Source: Mesotaenium endlicherianum
Lineage: Eukaryota
Assembly: GCA_009602735.1 (NCBI GenBank)
Contig: WELA01003469.1
Location: 227,292-291,291, forward strand
Reading direction: 5' to 3'
DNA: 64,000 nucleotides
The number at the start of each line of letters is the position of its first letter. Position 1 is the first letter of the stretch. The notes beneath the pieces are model-generated. The model did not search any database. It was not told the DNA's origin and worked only from the letters and a program-made list of their open reading frames with translations. This document shows positions 1 through 10,300 of the stretch, piece after piece. A program made the translations under genes and the position numbers.

Positions 1-1346
1 GATTTTGCTGAGGCTGGTCTCGGCTTAGTCCTACCACCACCTCTTCCATAGCCGCCTCGAAGGAAACCACCTCTACCTCTAGACAGTATGGCATTATACT
101 CATACTCATATCCATCACCCTGATCATCCTCGGCCTGGTCTCCTTCAATTGCATTGTAGGAACCGTGGGGCTTTTTGACAATCTTAGACACCAAAGCATT
201 ACTCTGGTACTTGTGATTGAACTGCTGCTGATCCCAGGCATCAGCATCCTGGATNGTCAGCATCCTGGATCATGTCAGCCAGTTTCTCATACTTCTTCTC
301 AGCGAAATGACCAGAGACTTCGGATTTCAAGGCATACCTGAAGTATGCTATCCTATATCGTTCTGGCAAGTCTGGCTGCTTCATCATGTTCTCCTGGAAC
401 TTTTGAGCAAACTCAGCAACTGAAGTGGTCTGCTTCAGTGTCAGGGAGATCATCGCATAGATAGCTTTCTCCTGCTGATTGATCACATCAAACTTCTTAT
501 GCAACTTCTCGACAAACTCTACCCAAGTAGGGTCATCGAGTTGCCGAGCCTTACGCTCTCCTATCCAGTAAAGCCACCAGTCTGCGGCACTGCCTTTCAG
601 TAGCGCACCGGTGTGCCTGACCTTCTCGTAATCTTGCAGTTCTGGGTAGTTCTCCAGCCACTGCTCAACATCCGCGAGAAACTTGATCTGGTAATATTTT
701 CTGTTCCCCTCAGGATCATAGTCCTGGGGAGGTTTCGGCTTGGGCTTACTAGGCCCTCGGCCACCACCACTAGTGGTGTGAGACCCCAGTTGGTCTCTGT
801 CCCGGAGTAGGGACATTATGATTCTTTTGTCCTCCTGTTGGGACTGATACATGGTCGCCATTTGCGANGCTCGCCATTTGCGATTGCATTTGCACGAACA
901 ATGCTCCCAAATCCACTCTCTGAGGTGGGAGTCTAGCAAATGCAGCAATAGCAGTGGCATCCACTCGTTGAGTAGTGTCTTCAACAGTCCCTCTCGCTCC
1001 TGCAGCAGGAAAGCCTGTCGCATTCAGCCGGTCACAAATTTGACCTAGGGGCACATTGAGTTGTACAGCATGAGGTGGGTTCAGAACATTGGCCCTTGAT
1101 GCCATACGTTCTTCGACAGTGCGCTCGTCCGCTGGCTGTCCTTCCCTCCTTTTTGTATCTTCAGCAGCCTTTGCTAATCGTTCAACTTCTAATCTGGCTC
1201 TTTCCTCCTCAGCCTGCTGTGCTGCGACTTCGGCAATATCATGCCTCTCTAGCTGCAGTATCTGCCACTGTTTCAGAATAGGTACGGGTTCTCGCTACAT
1301 GGCTTTCCGCCTGATTTTTGACATTCTCGTTATCCTGGTTCTCCAT
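1..1346 (-). pseudogene. gag: Gag of Ty3/Gypsy LTR retrotransposon element A (runs off the left edge; interrupted)
   Basis: ATG at 1346 just downstream of the PBS. The 241-1023 ORF has a retrotransposon-gag core (FLADVEQW...LLKGSAADWW...PTWVEFVEKLHKKF...LKQTTSVAEFAQKF...YALK) and continues to an RGG-rich tail (RGRGGFLRGGYGRGGG) near position 1-90. One apparent stop/frameshift near 1240. Two other breaks (N at 254 and 868) sit between duplicated 13-16-mers and look like assembly joins. Confidence 0.85.
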
Positions 1347-1406
1347 GTCTCGGGAGTTGCTAGTTTGAGATCTTGTCCTTACCATACAAAGAAGACTGTG
1401 ATAACT

Positions 1407-1418
1407 GCTCCGATACCA
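1407..1418 (-). promoter_or_regulatory. Primer-binding site (tRNA-iMet type) of element A
   Basis: The minus strand reads TGGTATCGGAGC, 1 nt after the LTR's terminal CA. It matches the plant TGGTATCAGAGC Met-tRNA PBS with one mismatch. Confidence 0.9.
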
Positions 1419-1419
1419 C

Positions 1420-2135
1420 TGAAATGAATCAACTTACCAAATAGGCAATTAACAATTAATTAGATCTTTATATCAGCAAGTAATCTTTATGGTAGTTTCT
1501 GTTAATGGATTAAACAGCAAAGGACAACACACTAGCAGTGGACAATACTCGCAAGTCAAATGCAAGTAAAGTAGCATCAATAATGCGATTAGTATACTCA
1601 TACATAAGCAAGACTAGAAGACAGTGCATATCAATGGCTTCTTGCCTTGGATTCAGATATCTCTCGGTAAGCAGTACAAGAGAGTTGGCCTCGTTTTCGA
1701 ATGCCAAACTCGAGGGCAATGCCTAGCATATGTACATGGATGAGTTTATTGTCCAACGGCCAGTGCAATCGCACTGCCTACCCAGGAGATAACCACGTTG
1801 GTAGTTCTCGGTTAATTAAATCCACCGCCATCTCTCATCATCCCCAATCGCCATCCATCCTAAGGATGTCATCTGGCCATTCATCTAGCACACCACACTT
1901 AAATGCATATCTTGGCAGTTCGCTGCGACCGAGTACGAAAGTCAGCTGGCTGTCAAAGAATGTGTTAGCAAGCTGACTTAAGTTGACTTCAGCCTGCTGC
2001 TTCCGGCTGAGTCATTAAACATATATTTTCATAAATTCCAACAGACTGAATATTAACTAGAGTTCAGCAAGCTGAACTTATTTAACTATTATATTTAAAT
2101 GAATATTATATCAACCAATATACTGATTCATTACA
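1420..2135 (-). repeat. 5' LTR of element A (716 bp)
   Basis: TG...CA ends with 12-bp terminal inverted repeats (tgaaatgaatca at 1420 versus the reverse complement of tgattcattaca ending at 2135; 11/12 match). It abuts the PBS on one side and abruptly joins another element's integrase on the other. Confidence 0.85.
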
Positions 2136-3292
2136 CCGGCACCAAGAATTCTCCCAAGTATTTGGGACCCTTCAAGCTAGTCAACCCCGTTGCTTTCAAG
2201 CTAGAACTTCCCCAGACTATGCACATCGACCCCGTATCTCACGCTTCCCTCTTCAAGTCATATGTGCAACCCGACAACGAGTTCCCAGGACGAATGACAA
2301 CCCCACCAGTCCCAACAATAGAGGATGATCTTCTGGAGTACGAAGTGGAAGACATAGTGGCTATGAGAAATTTCAAGAGACAGCAGCAATACTTGATCAA
2401 GTGGAAAGGATATCCAGATTCTGAGAATAGTTGGTTGACGGCGCACTACCTTGACAAAGTTCAGAGAAAGCTGAAACGCTTCCATGTCGCCACCCCCCAT
2501 CTTGGACCAGCCCCAATTTTCTCTCTTACAGGCCAAAAGACTTCAAGGAGGCAGCCTGCCACCATCAAGAAGCAGCAAAATATCCCTTGGAGGCAGCCTG
2601 CAAGAACAAGAAAGAGAAAAAATTGACATTAGACACTCTTCTCTTCGCGCAGTTTCTGGACTGAAAACTAAAACCGCTACTGGTGATAAATCTCTACATA
2701 ATAAATTTTGAAAATTTACTTTGCTGTATTCTTTGAGTAGGTGGTTCTTCTGAGTCCAAGTTTGCTCAATTTGGATCTGTGATTAGAGAGATAAAATCTT
2801 TGAAAACATGGGGGTCAGGCTGCTGGCAATATTAGGGCAAAATATGCCTTTTGGCATTGTGCCCTCTCTTGAACTTCGAATGCTTTGAAACTCAAGACTG
2901 CGGTAGAAGGCCTTATTGTGCCCATCTAAGGCTTTTTTAAAGTTAGAGAAAGGACCTAGAAGAACTCCATGTGGCAAAATGTGCCATTATAAGGTCAAAA
3001 GGATATGTGTACATTATTCTAAAAAGAGGTGGCAAGTTTTGGGATGTGTTGGGTGCCAACACATCAACATGCACCTTCCTAGAAATTACTTATGTAGCAA
3101 GTACATAAACAAGAGCTAGAACATAGAAAGGCATTCCAGAATCACTCTTGTACTTGCCAAATTCCGAAAATATATTAATTTTCAAGAAGCCATCTCTCTT
3201 TCAAGAAGCTACCACTTGTGCTCAAAGATCCTTGTCTTGAATGGATAAAATATTATATTTCACAAAGTACTTTATCTATCTATTTCACTACA
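2136..3292 (+). mobile_element. 3' part of chromovirus element B: integrase C-terminus, chromodomain, 3' UTR and 5'-truncated 3' LTR
   Basis: ORF to 2626 has the GPY/F motif (KYLGPFK...AFKLELP...PVSHASLFK) and a chromodomain (EYEVEDI...QYLIKWKGYPDSENSW). About 2915-3292 is the reverse complement of the LTRs at 3500 and 6982 and ends in ...tttcactaCA. The PPT and the LTR 5' part are deleted. Confidence 0.9.
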
Positions 3293-3499
3293 GCTACAAA
3301 TATACGTAAAAGATTGGATGCAAGATATGTCTATGTTTTCACAAGACGACCTTAAGATTAAATTCCCAACTACAGAAGAGGTTAAAGAATTAATTATTGA
3401 GGCAAAAGGAGCAATTAGCGTGTCGCTAACAGTCAACTTAAGCTCTGTAGAAGTGCAAACTAAAGAGGGAGTTCTCAAGGTAAACGACTGGGCAACGCA

Positions 3500-4003
3500 T
3501 GTAGTGAAACATAAAGATGAATTACTTAGTAAGATAGAATACTTGTTATATTTTAAGGCAAGGATCTTTTATCACAGTGGTAGCTTCTTGAACGAGAGAT
3601 GGTTTATTAAAGATATATATATTTCTTGAACTTGGCAAGTACAAGAGTGGTTCTAGAATGCATCTCTATATTTTTAGCTCTTGTTTATATACTTGCTACA
3701 CAAGCAATTTCTAGGGAGGTGCATGTTAATGTGTTGGCACCTTACACATTCCAAAAGTTGATACCTCTTCCTAGAATAATGTGCACATATCCTTTTGACC
3801 AGAAAATGGCATATTTAACTTTTGCCACATGGAGTTTTTCTAGGTCCTTCTAATTTCAAAAATGTCTTGGAAGAATCAAAAGAAAAAATGAACCAAGTCA
3901 CTAGAGTATCTATTCACACTTGAAACCACAAAAGATTACTCTACAAATAGTTGAAAGTATTAATATAAGAGAGAGCCATTTTAATCTAACTTTTATCATT
4001 ACA
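3500..4003 (-). repeat. 3' LTR of element C
   Basis: Starts tgtagtgaaac and ends ttttatcattaca. Aligns along its whole length with 6982-7481 (roughly 75-80% identity by eye). Confidence 0.9.
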
Positions 4004-4035
4004 TCACTCCTCGACAAAGAAAGCGACGTCTCGGC
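4004..4035 (-). promoter_or_regulatory. Polypurine-tract region of element C
   Basis: The minus strand reads ...gagacgtcgctttctttgtcGAGGAGTGA|TGT, a purine run immediately before the 3' LTR's TG. Confidence 0.65.
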
Positions 4036-4789
4036 GCTTCAAGTCAAGTTTCACACATGTATAAAAGACTAGTCAAAAGTTTCAGTTCAGGTGCTATACA
4101 TGTATAGAAGACAAGTCAAAGGTCGTGGGTGATGGTAACCTTATTGGCTAACCTACTTCTTGATGAGGAAAATGTGTACAAGTAGATCCAAAAACTACCA
4201 CGGATTCTAAAATTCATAGCGTCCACACAATTGCTACAAATCTAGTGCTAGGAGTGCATCGGAAGCGACTATACGGCCACCAAATTTGAGAGCAAATCAA
4301 ATTGAGATGTGCTGGCAAAAGCAGAGAGAGGAGGCGCTTCTTTAAATTTGTGCAGAAGCTTCTGAAAATCATGAGTCCTGTTATGCTTTCTCAAATGCTA
4401 CAAACTTTGTCTCTAACTCAGCGCATTGATATCCTCTACCAAAGGCTTGAGTTTAAAAGCATTCCAAGTTGAAAAGAGGTCACAAAATTCAAAAGAATAA
4501 TCTGTCCTAATAATGCGAGCAGACTAACCCCCTTGTGCTCACATATTTTTATCTCTCTGACCACAACTCCAAATTTAGCAAATTTAGTCTTCATAAAAGA
4601 GTGTGCTGAAGGACTCAATTTAGTTATTATTCATGATTTGATTTGCAGGCAGTAAATAAGAATGGTGAATTTAAGTTTCAGTCTGAAACTATCGATGGAG
4701 AAATAAGTGGCTACTGTTACTTCTTTTGTTTCTTGGTGGTTGCAGGCTTCTTCCCAAGAGTATTGGAAGCTTGACAATAGATTCTTAAG

Positions 4790-5465
4790 GTTGGTCCAAA
4801 GTGTGGGTTGGCGCCATGGAAGCGCTTTAGCTTTTGTTGAAGTTTGTCAAGGTAGTGTGTCGCAGCCCAGCTATATTATTTGAATCTGGATACCCTTTTC
4901 ACTAGATCAAATATTGTTGTTGCCTCGTGAACAGTCTCATAGCCAATACGTCTTCAACTTCCTACAAGTAATCATCCATTATTGTTGGGGTTGATGGGGT
5001 TGTCAGTTGTCCTGAGAATTTATTGTCCAATTGCACATATGGCTTGAAGAGAGAAGCATGGAGTATCGGGACGATGTGCATGGTCTTGGGGAGCTCTAGC
5101 TTGAGAACAACGGGGTTGATTTGCTGGATAATCTTGAATGGTCCCAAATACGTAGAAGAGAACTTGCTTCCGGCAAGCCTGTTGTTCAAGTATATGTTCT
5201 TGGATAAGAGTAACACCTTGGCACCCACTTTGTATGAAATTTCTCTTTTGGACCAATTTGTCACCTTTGCTTGAGCATCTTGCATGAGTCTTAGAGCTTT
5301 CTTGGCCGTTGCAAGGGCTTCTTCTAATGTCTTCCAAAAATCTGATTGCGGCGTCATTGCCAATTGTGAAGGTCAATGACGTCGTGGGATAGAAGTCATA
5401 GTTGAGGAAGAATGGCGACCCCTAAATGGAGGCGTGCCGCGTGTTGTTAGAGAGTGCCAAGGGGG
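4790..5465 (-). pseudogene. Integrase C-terminus plus chromodomain of element C (stops and frameshifts)
   Basis: NNTRHASI*GSPFFLNY, STYLGPFKIIQQINPVVLKLELP...HASLFKPY, then EVEDVLAMR...QQQYLI**KGYPDS. Clear paralogue of 2136-2626. Confidence 0.88.
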
Positions 5466-6944
5466 TATCTTTTCTTGGAAGGGGTAGTATAGGAAAATCC
5501 GTTGGGCATCATAATTTCCTTGTCATGGTCAAGAGTACGCGTAGTAATACCTTGCTTGGTGGCAAAATTTGCAGCAATGAAGTTGCCTTGAGCTCCGCTA
5601 TCCACCAAGATGTGGACCTTCTCTCCTCCAAGTTAAGCTCTCAAACCCATTGGGGCTAGAACGTCGTCTTCAACGGTGGTCTCCACCTCACTTGAATTGT
5701 TGTTTTCTTGTGAAGTGGGTCTTGGGGTGGTAGGCTCTTGGCCTACCGGCGTTCGATTTTTTCACGTCTTTTTGGGGCCTGAGATTGGACAATGACCTTT
5801 CTCCTTGCAATAAAAGCATACTCCAACCTTCATGAGAGCCTCTTTTCCAGCCAAGGAGAGTCTTGGCTTCGCTCCTTGCTGATATCTTGTATCATGAGTG
5901 TCATTGGAGAGTCTTCCACTCTTCCGAGCCGCTGCGGGGTCCCTTTTAATGACTCCAATCTTTCTAGGTGTGGATGCAGATTTGGATATAAAGGGGGTTG
6001 CATACACTCGCGCTGTTGGTACCCGTGAAGATGAATGCAATGAATGCTTAAAATCTAAGGCATCCACCTTTTAGGCCACCTCAATGATCTTCTAGAAATC
6101 TGTCAAGTCATGAAATTCCACTTCCTTTGCCACCTTGAGCTTGAGGCCAAAGATATAGCGATCAATTTTCTCCTCGAGAGACATGTTGGGGATCTCAAGA
6201 ATGAGGGCGTGAAATCTGGATCTGTATTGTTGAACGGACGTTGTTTGCTTGAGATGGTGGAGCTTCCTCGGGTAATCTTCTCCGCATTGATGGGCATAAA
6301 TTGCTTCGTGAGGGCTTCACGGAAACTTGCCCATCTTGCATGTGACGGTGGGGGCTCTTGGTTGGCCACAGGGTGTGCCATAGCTTAACATATAGCCGCT
6401 CGATGGTTACGCCACCATGATGTTGCTGCTCCTCTAAGCAAGGTAACAGCAGAGGGAACGTAGTCCTCCTTTGTTATTTCAAGGAATGCGAGGTGTGTCT
6501 CCTCTTGGTACAGCCACAAATTCAAGTTGGCTCTTTTTCGGAGTTGAAAGTGTCGGATTTACCGGGCTTGATGTGTTTTCTTGCTTTCGTAGGCTCTTAA
6601 GGATGCGCGGGAGCCGGAGCTAGACTTGGAATGTTGCTTGCAGTAGGGGCAACTATGGCAGTGATAGCTTCTCTTGACGCTTGTATGATTGCTTCATAGG
6701 TGGCCAGGCCCACTTGGTTGTGGACGGTTATTAGAAAGGCTGCCCAATCATTTGCGGGAACTCCTTGTGGTGGGGTCAACTTTTCCACAGCGGCTGCCAC
6801 GGGATCTGATGGTGCTCCTCCTTGTGGTGCTCCACGTGGTGGCATATTTTCTTTAGTGTGCTCTCCCATTGGCGCTGGAGAAGGGCCTCCTGGAGATGAA
6901 GTGCTACCTCCAAAAGCTTGTTGTTGATCGTGAGGATCGGCCAT
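5466..6944 (-). pseudogene. gag and N-terminal half of the aspartic protease of element C
   Basis: ATG at 6944 after the PBS. LLRGAATSWW...WASFREALTKQF gag core, CFYCKEKGH zinc-knuckle remnant, and VHILVDSGAQGNFI protease active site (DSGA at 5591-5602). Multiple stops and frameshifts. Confidence 0.85.
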
Positions 6945-6968
6945 CGTCTTGTGCCACCAAAGTGCCTA

Positions 6969-6980
6969 GCTCCGATACCA
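6969..6980 (-). promoter_or_regulatory. Primer-binding site (tRNA-iMet type) of element C
   Basis: The minus strand reads TGGTATCGGAGC, 1 nt from the 5' LTR end. Identical to the PBS of element A. Confidence 0.9.
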
Positions 6981-6981
6981 C

Positions 6982-7481
6982 TGTAGTGAAGCAGATAGAT
7001 GAAGTACTTTGTAAAATAGAAGGCCTTGATCATTCAAGACAATGATTTTTTGAACACAAGTGGTAGCTTCTTGAAAGAGAGATGGTTTCTTGAAAGTTAA
7101 CATATTTCTTGAACTTGGCGAGTACAAGAGTGATTCTCGAATGTATCTTCATGTTCTAGCTCTTGGTTACATACTTGCTACACAAATAGTTTCTAGGAAG
7201 GTGCACGTTAATGTGTTGACACCCAACACATCCCAAAACCTGCCACCTCTTTCTAGAATAATGTACACATGTCCTTTTGACCTAATAACGGCATATATAA
7301 CTTTTGCCACATGGAGTTCTTCTAGGTCCTTCTGATTTTGAAAATACCTTAGAAGGTTCAAAGGACATGAACTAGCCAGTAGAGTCTCTATTTGCACTTA
7401 AATCCACACAAAATTACTTACAAATATTCAGAAGCATTAAATATGAAAAAGAATTAATATAATCTAATTTTTATCACGACA
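6982..7481 (-). repeat. 5' LTR of element C
   Basis: tgtagtga...tcacgaca termini (7/8 inverted match). Adjacent to the PBS and homologous to 3500-4003 and to the inverted copy at 2915-3292. Confidence 0.9.
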
Positions 7482-7998
7482 ATGCATGCCAACCTATTGG
7501 ATACAGCCAGCCATATTGGGCAAAAGAAATGTTAAAGCTCCAGGGCTCACTGAGAAGGACTTGGAAGAAAGTCCTTGCCGATTGCGACCTTGCGTCAAGG
7601 CAAGCTGCACAAGCCTGCAGTATCACCCAAAAGCAAGTCAGAAGCATTTTGAATGTAGGAAAACCCGAGGAAGCAGTGCTTGTGATAGTTTGCATTGTCA
7701 CAAGGGCAGAGAACTACGATATATTTCTGGGAACAGAAGCATTGACCACGCAGGGAATGGTCAATTTGTAATTGAGAAGGTAGAAAGTGACTTACCAACA
7801 TCATATTTACAATTGGAGAGGCGACACTCAGGTCAAAATGGTTTGCCTCAGCAAAAGGATCTTAGGGAAAGTGGCCTCCTATGCCACGGACCAAGAATTA
7901 CGCGAAAATGGGAGAATACGCTGAAGACTTGGCACTCAGCAAGTTGCAAGAGGAGCACAAGGTATATACCGATGTCAACATGCCAAAGTTGATACTCT

Positions 7999-8413
7999 TT
8001 GGCCTCGAACAAGTTGGACAATTCTAAACAGCACACAATTTGGGTTTCGTATCCGGAAGATCTACTGCTAGTGCCGTACCCAATAAAGTCGGCATTGAAC
8101 GTGGTCCCTGGTGTAACACCATTGGTGCAAGCACCCACACAAAAGATAGTGGATCTACCACACATTGGAACTGTTTTATTGGAGCTGTTCGGAGGATTGG
8201 GCGTCGGAACGACGACTCTTATCCAACAAGGACATAGTGTGAAGAGAGTGTATTATGTGGACAACGACCCTGACGCGTTGGAGGCTTTTAAGAGCATCAT
8301 GGGGGAAACTAGTAATGTGCTAAGTATTGAAAATTTGGTTCCATCCGAAAATATGATCTACAAGATGCAAGCTAGCCAACAAGAATATGGGCAGCTCAAA
8401 TGTTGACATTGTT
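7999..8413 (+). pseudogene. Truncated C5 DNA-cytosine methyltransferase-like domain (retrotransposon-borne)
   Basis: VLLELFGGLG (F-x-G-x-G at 8188-8202) followed by YYVDND (acidic motif II-like, 8257-8268). A VDIV strand appears in a shifted frame at 8402-8413. No catalytic PC/CQ motif is visible afterwards. Confidence 0.6.
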
Positions 8414-9035
8414 AATCACGTGATTGAACTTGTCCATTGGCAAGTTGATAGTTAACAAGCACTTAATGGGGGTCTTGTGATTGAGATCAGTGCTTACAGG
8501 CTGGTGCAAACTGTAATCATTAATTTCATAAACATCGTACACGTCTTGAGCCCCACCAAAAGTGAGTGGAACATTTTCTGACTGATTTTGGTCATGTGCA
8601 TGCGTCGAAAGTAATCAAGACAGGTTTTCTTTGGGTACTTTTTGGTTGTACTTTGAAAGAGATTGGTGCACAACCAACAGTTAGTGGCATCATCAAAAGA
8701 TCAATGTGGTAGATAGTTTGTCAACTATATATGGCTGGTGCTTTCGCAATCAGATTCAGAGGCTACGAATGGTCCACACATAGCTACTGCATGCCATATC
8801 AAACTATACAATTTTATTAGATTACTCGCACTTAGGGACATGACTGCAATTCCTCAAGCTCGCCACGCCTCCAAACAGCTTGTGAAAAGTTCATAATGCA
8901 CGGTTGCTGATGCCCAACCAAAGTGGGCAAATAAGGGTCCTACTTTTAGCTCTATTTGGGCATGCACCACCACTGGTGCAGATTATAACTGGACTCTAGA
9001 GCTCTTCTAAATGCTGGGCATTGGACTATGAGGAG

Positions 9036-10145
9036 TTATGAGGTGGTCGGACCAAACGATGCACCGGCCGGAAGGCCTTTGCCAAGGCTAACTTTATTCT
9101 CTTCCGACGGCTCTTGCACATTCTTTATGAAGCTCTTCGATCCTCTGCTCCTGTCAATCCTCTTCTGCCGCTCGCTAGGCAGCGCCTCTAAACTGCAGGG
9201 TGCGAATCCACGCTGCATGAACCTGCACAAGTCAGCAGCGAGAAGGAGGGCCATGAAGACAAGGCACGCTCTATGCACTTGCTTGTGCTCCACAGCCTTC
9301 AAGCTTGTCTGCAGGGCCTTGGTCCCAACCTGACAAGCTAGCATGTCGAGTGAAGGCAATGTGCTGCCTGTCACTGGCTAAAGCGGTAGCTCCCTGTGCA
9401 ACTGCGTGCTCAGCACCCCGCAAAGCCCGGGTTACGGTGTACCCAGCGTTTCCCCTGCCTGTGTGTCAGTATACTGGCATGCTGCGTAACCAGACCAGCT
9501 GACCAGAAAAGACGAGGTCTGCTGCATCCCACTGCTCTGCAGCAAGCCTGGCGCTGCTTCATCAGCGTGTGCAACGGGGGGGGAAGAGGGCAGAGGCACA
9601 CAGAGAAGAGTGCAGCCTTCATGAGAGCTCAGGGGCATACCAGTCGGCTGTGCGCGTGGTGAGAAGAAAGAGCTGCTCCAGCCCCATCTCGCGCGCTCTC
9701 TTCTCCAAATAGTCTGCATCCAGCAAGCAACCCACAACAAGCAGCATCCAGCAGGGCAATGGAGTATGGCAACACGCGACGGTGTTAGGTACGTCAGAGA
9801 TTAGGGGAAGCGAGCAATAAGCTTCTGTGAGCGAGCAGCCGAGTCTGGAGATGACAGTCCAAGCTACCTGACAAAACCTTGCCATCTAGTGATGCAAAGT
9901 TCTGCCTGGCTGTCCTGTTCAGCTCGTCAAGCTTGCCCTGTTGTGCAAACGTGCTGCTGTACATCGGAAGGGAAATATGCCACCATCTTGTAAACAGGAG
10001 AAGTCAACTGTTCTATTGCAGTACTTCCAGTGCACATCGGACCCGCTAGCATTCAGCTCAACTGTCATCTCGACGCAGGTCCAGGCTGTGAGTGAGACCA
10101 CATCTGCTGCTACTTGCTGCTTTCCTTTTTCAGCTGCTGTGAGAC

Positions 10146-10222
<77 letters not shown>

Positions 10223-10244
10223 NNNNNNNNNNNNNNNNNNNNNN

Positions 10245-10300
<56 letters not shown>

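Larger units (their letters stand above)
3500..7481 (-). mobile_element. Non-autonomous Ty3/Gypsy chromovirus element C, 3982 bp, internally deleted
   Basis: Two homologous LTRs (3500-4003, 6982-7481) with TG..CA ends. PBS at 6969-6980, PPT next to 4004, and a 5-bp TSD ACGCA (3495-3499) / ATGCA (7482-7486). Internal region has decayed gag with a zinc-knuckle remnant, protease DSGA, integrase C-terminus and chromodomain. No RT or RNase H is visible. Confidence 0.92.
3293..8413 (+). mobile_element. Degenerate host retrotransposon D (segments 3293-3499 and 7482-8413, split by element C): aspartic protease followed by a C5 cytosine methyltransferase-like fragment
   Basis: Removing element C and one TSD copy joins the 3318 ORF in frame to ...VNDWATHANLLDT. 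Frameshifted continuations give QPAILGKRNVKAPGLTEKDLEESP and CIVTRAENYDIFLGTEAL (retropepsin motifs). Next comes VLLELFGGLG...VKRVYYVDND (SAM-binding motif I/II-like). Confidence 0.7.

Noticed and set aside
241..883. Short direct duplications around single Ns (cagcatcctggat at 242/259; tcgccatttgcga at 855/871) that break the gag frame
   Set aside because: A duplicate on each side of an N is typical of unmerged contig overlaps, so these are not counted as biological repeats or real frameshifts.
1510..1976. Small ORFs inside element A's LTR
   Set aside because: No motifs; they lie within a structurally defined LTR.
3626..7335. Similar ORFs at 3626-3853 and 7090-7335 that look like a duplicated small gene
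   Set aside because: They are chance frames in the two LTRs of element C.
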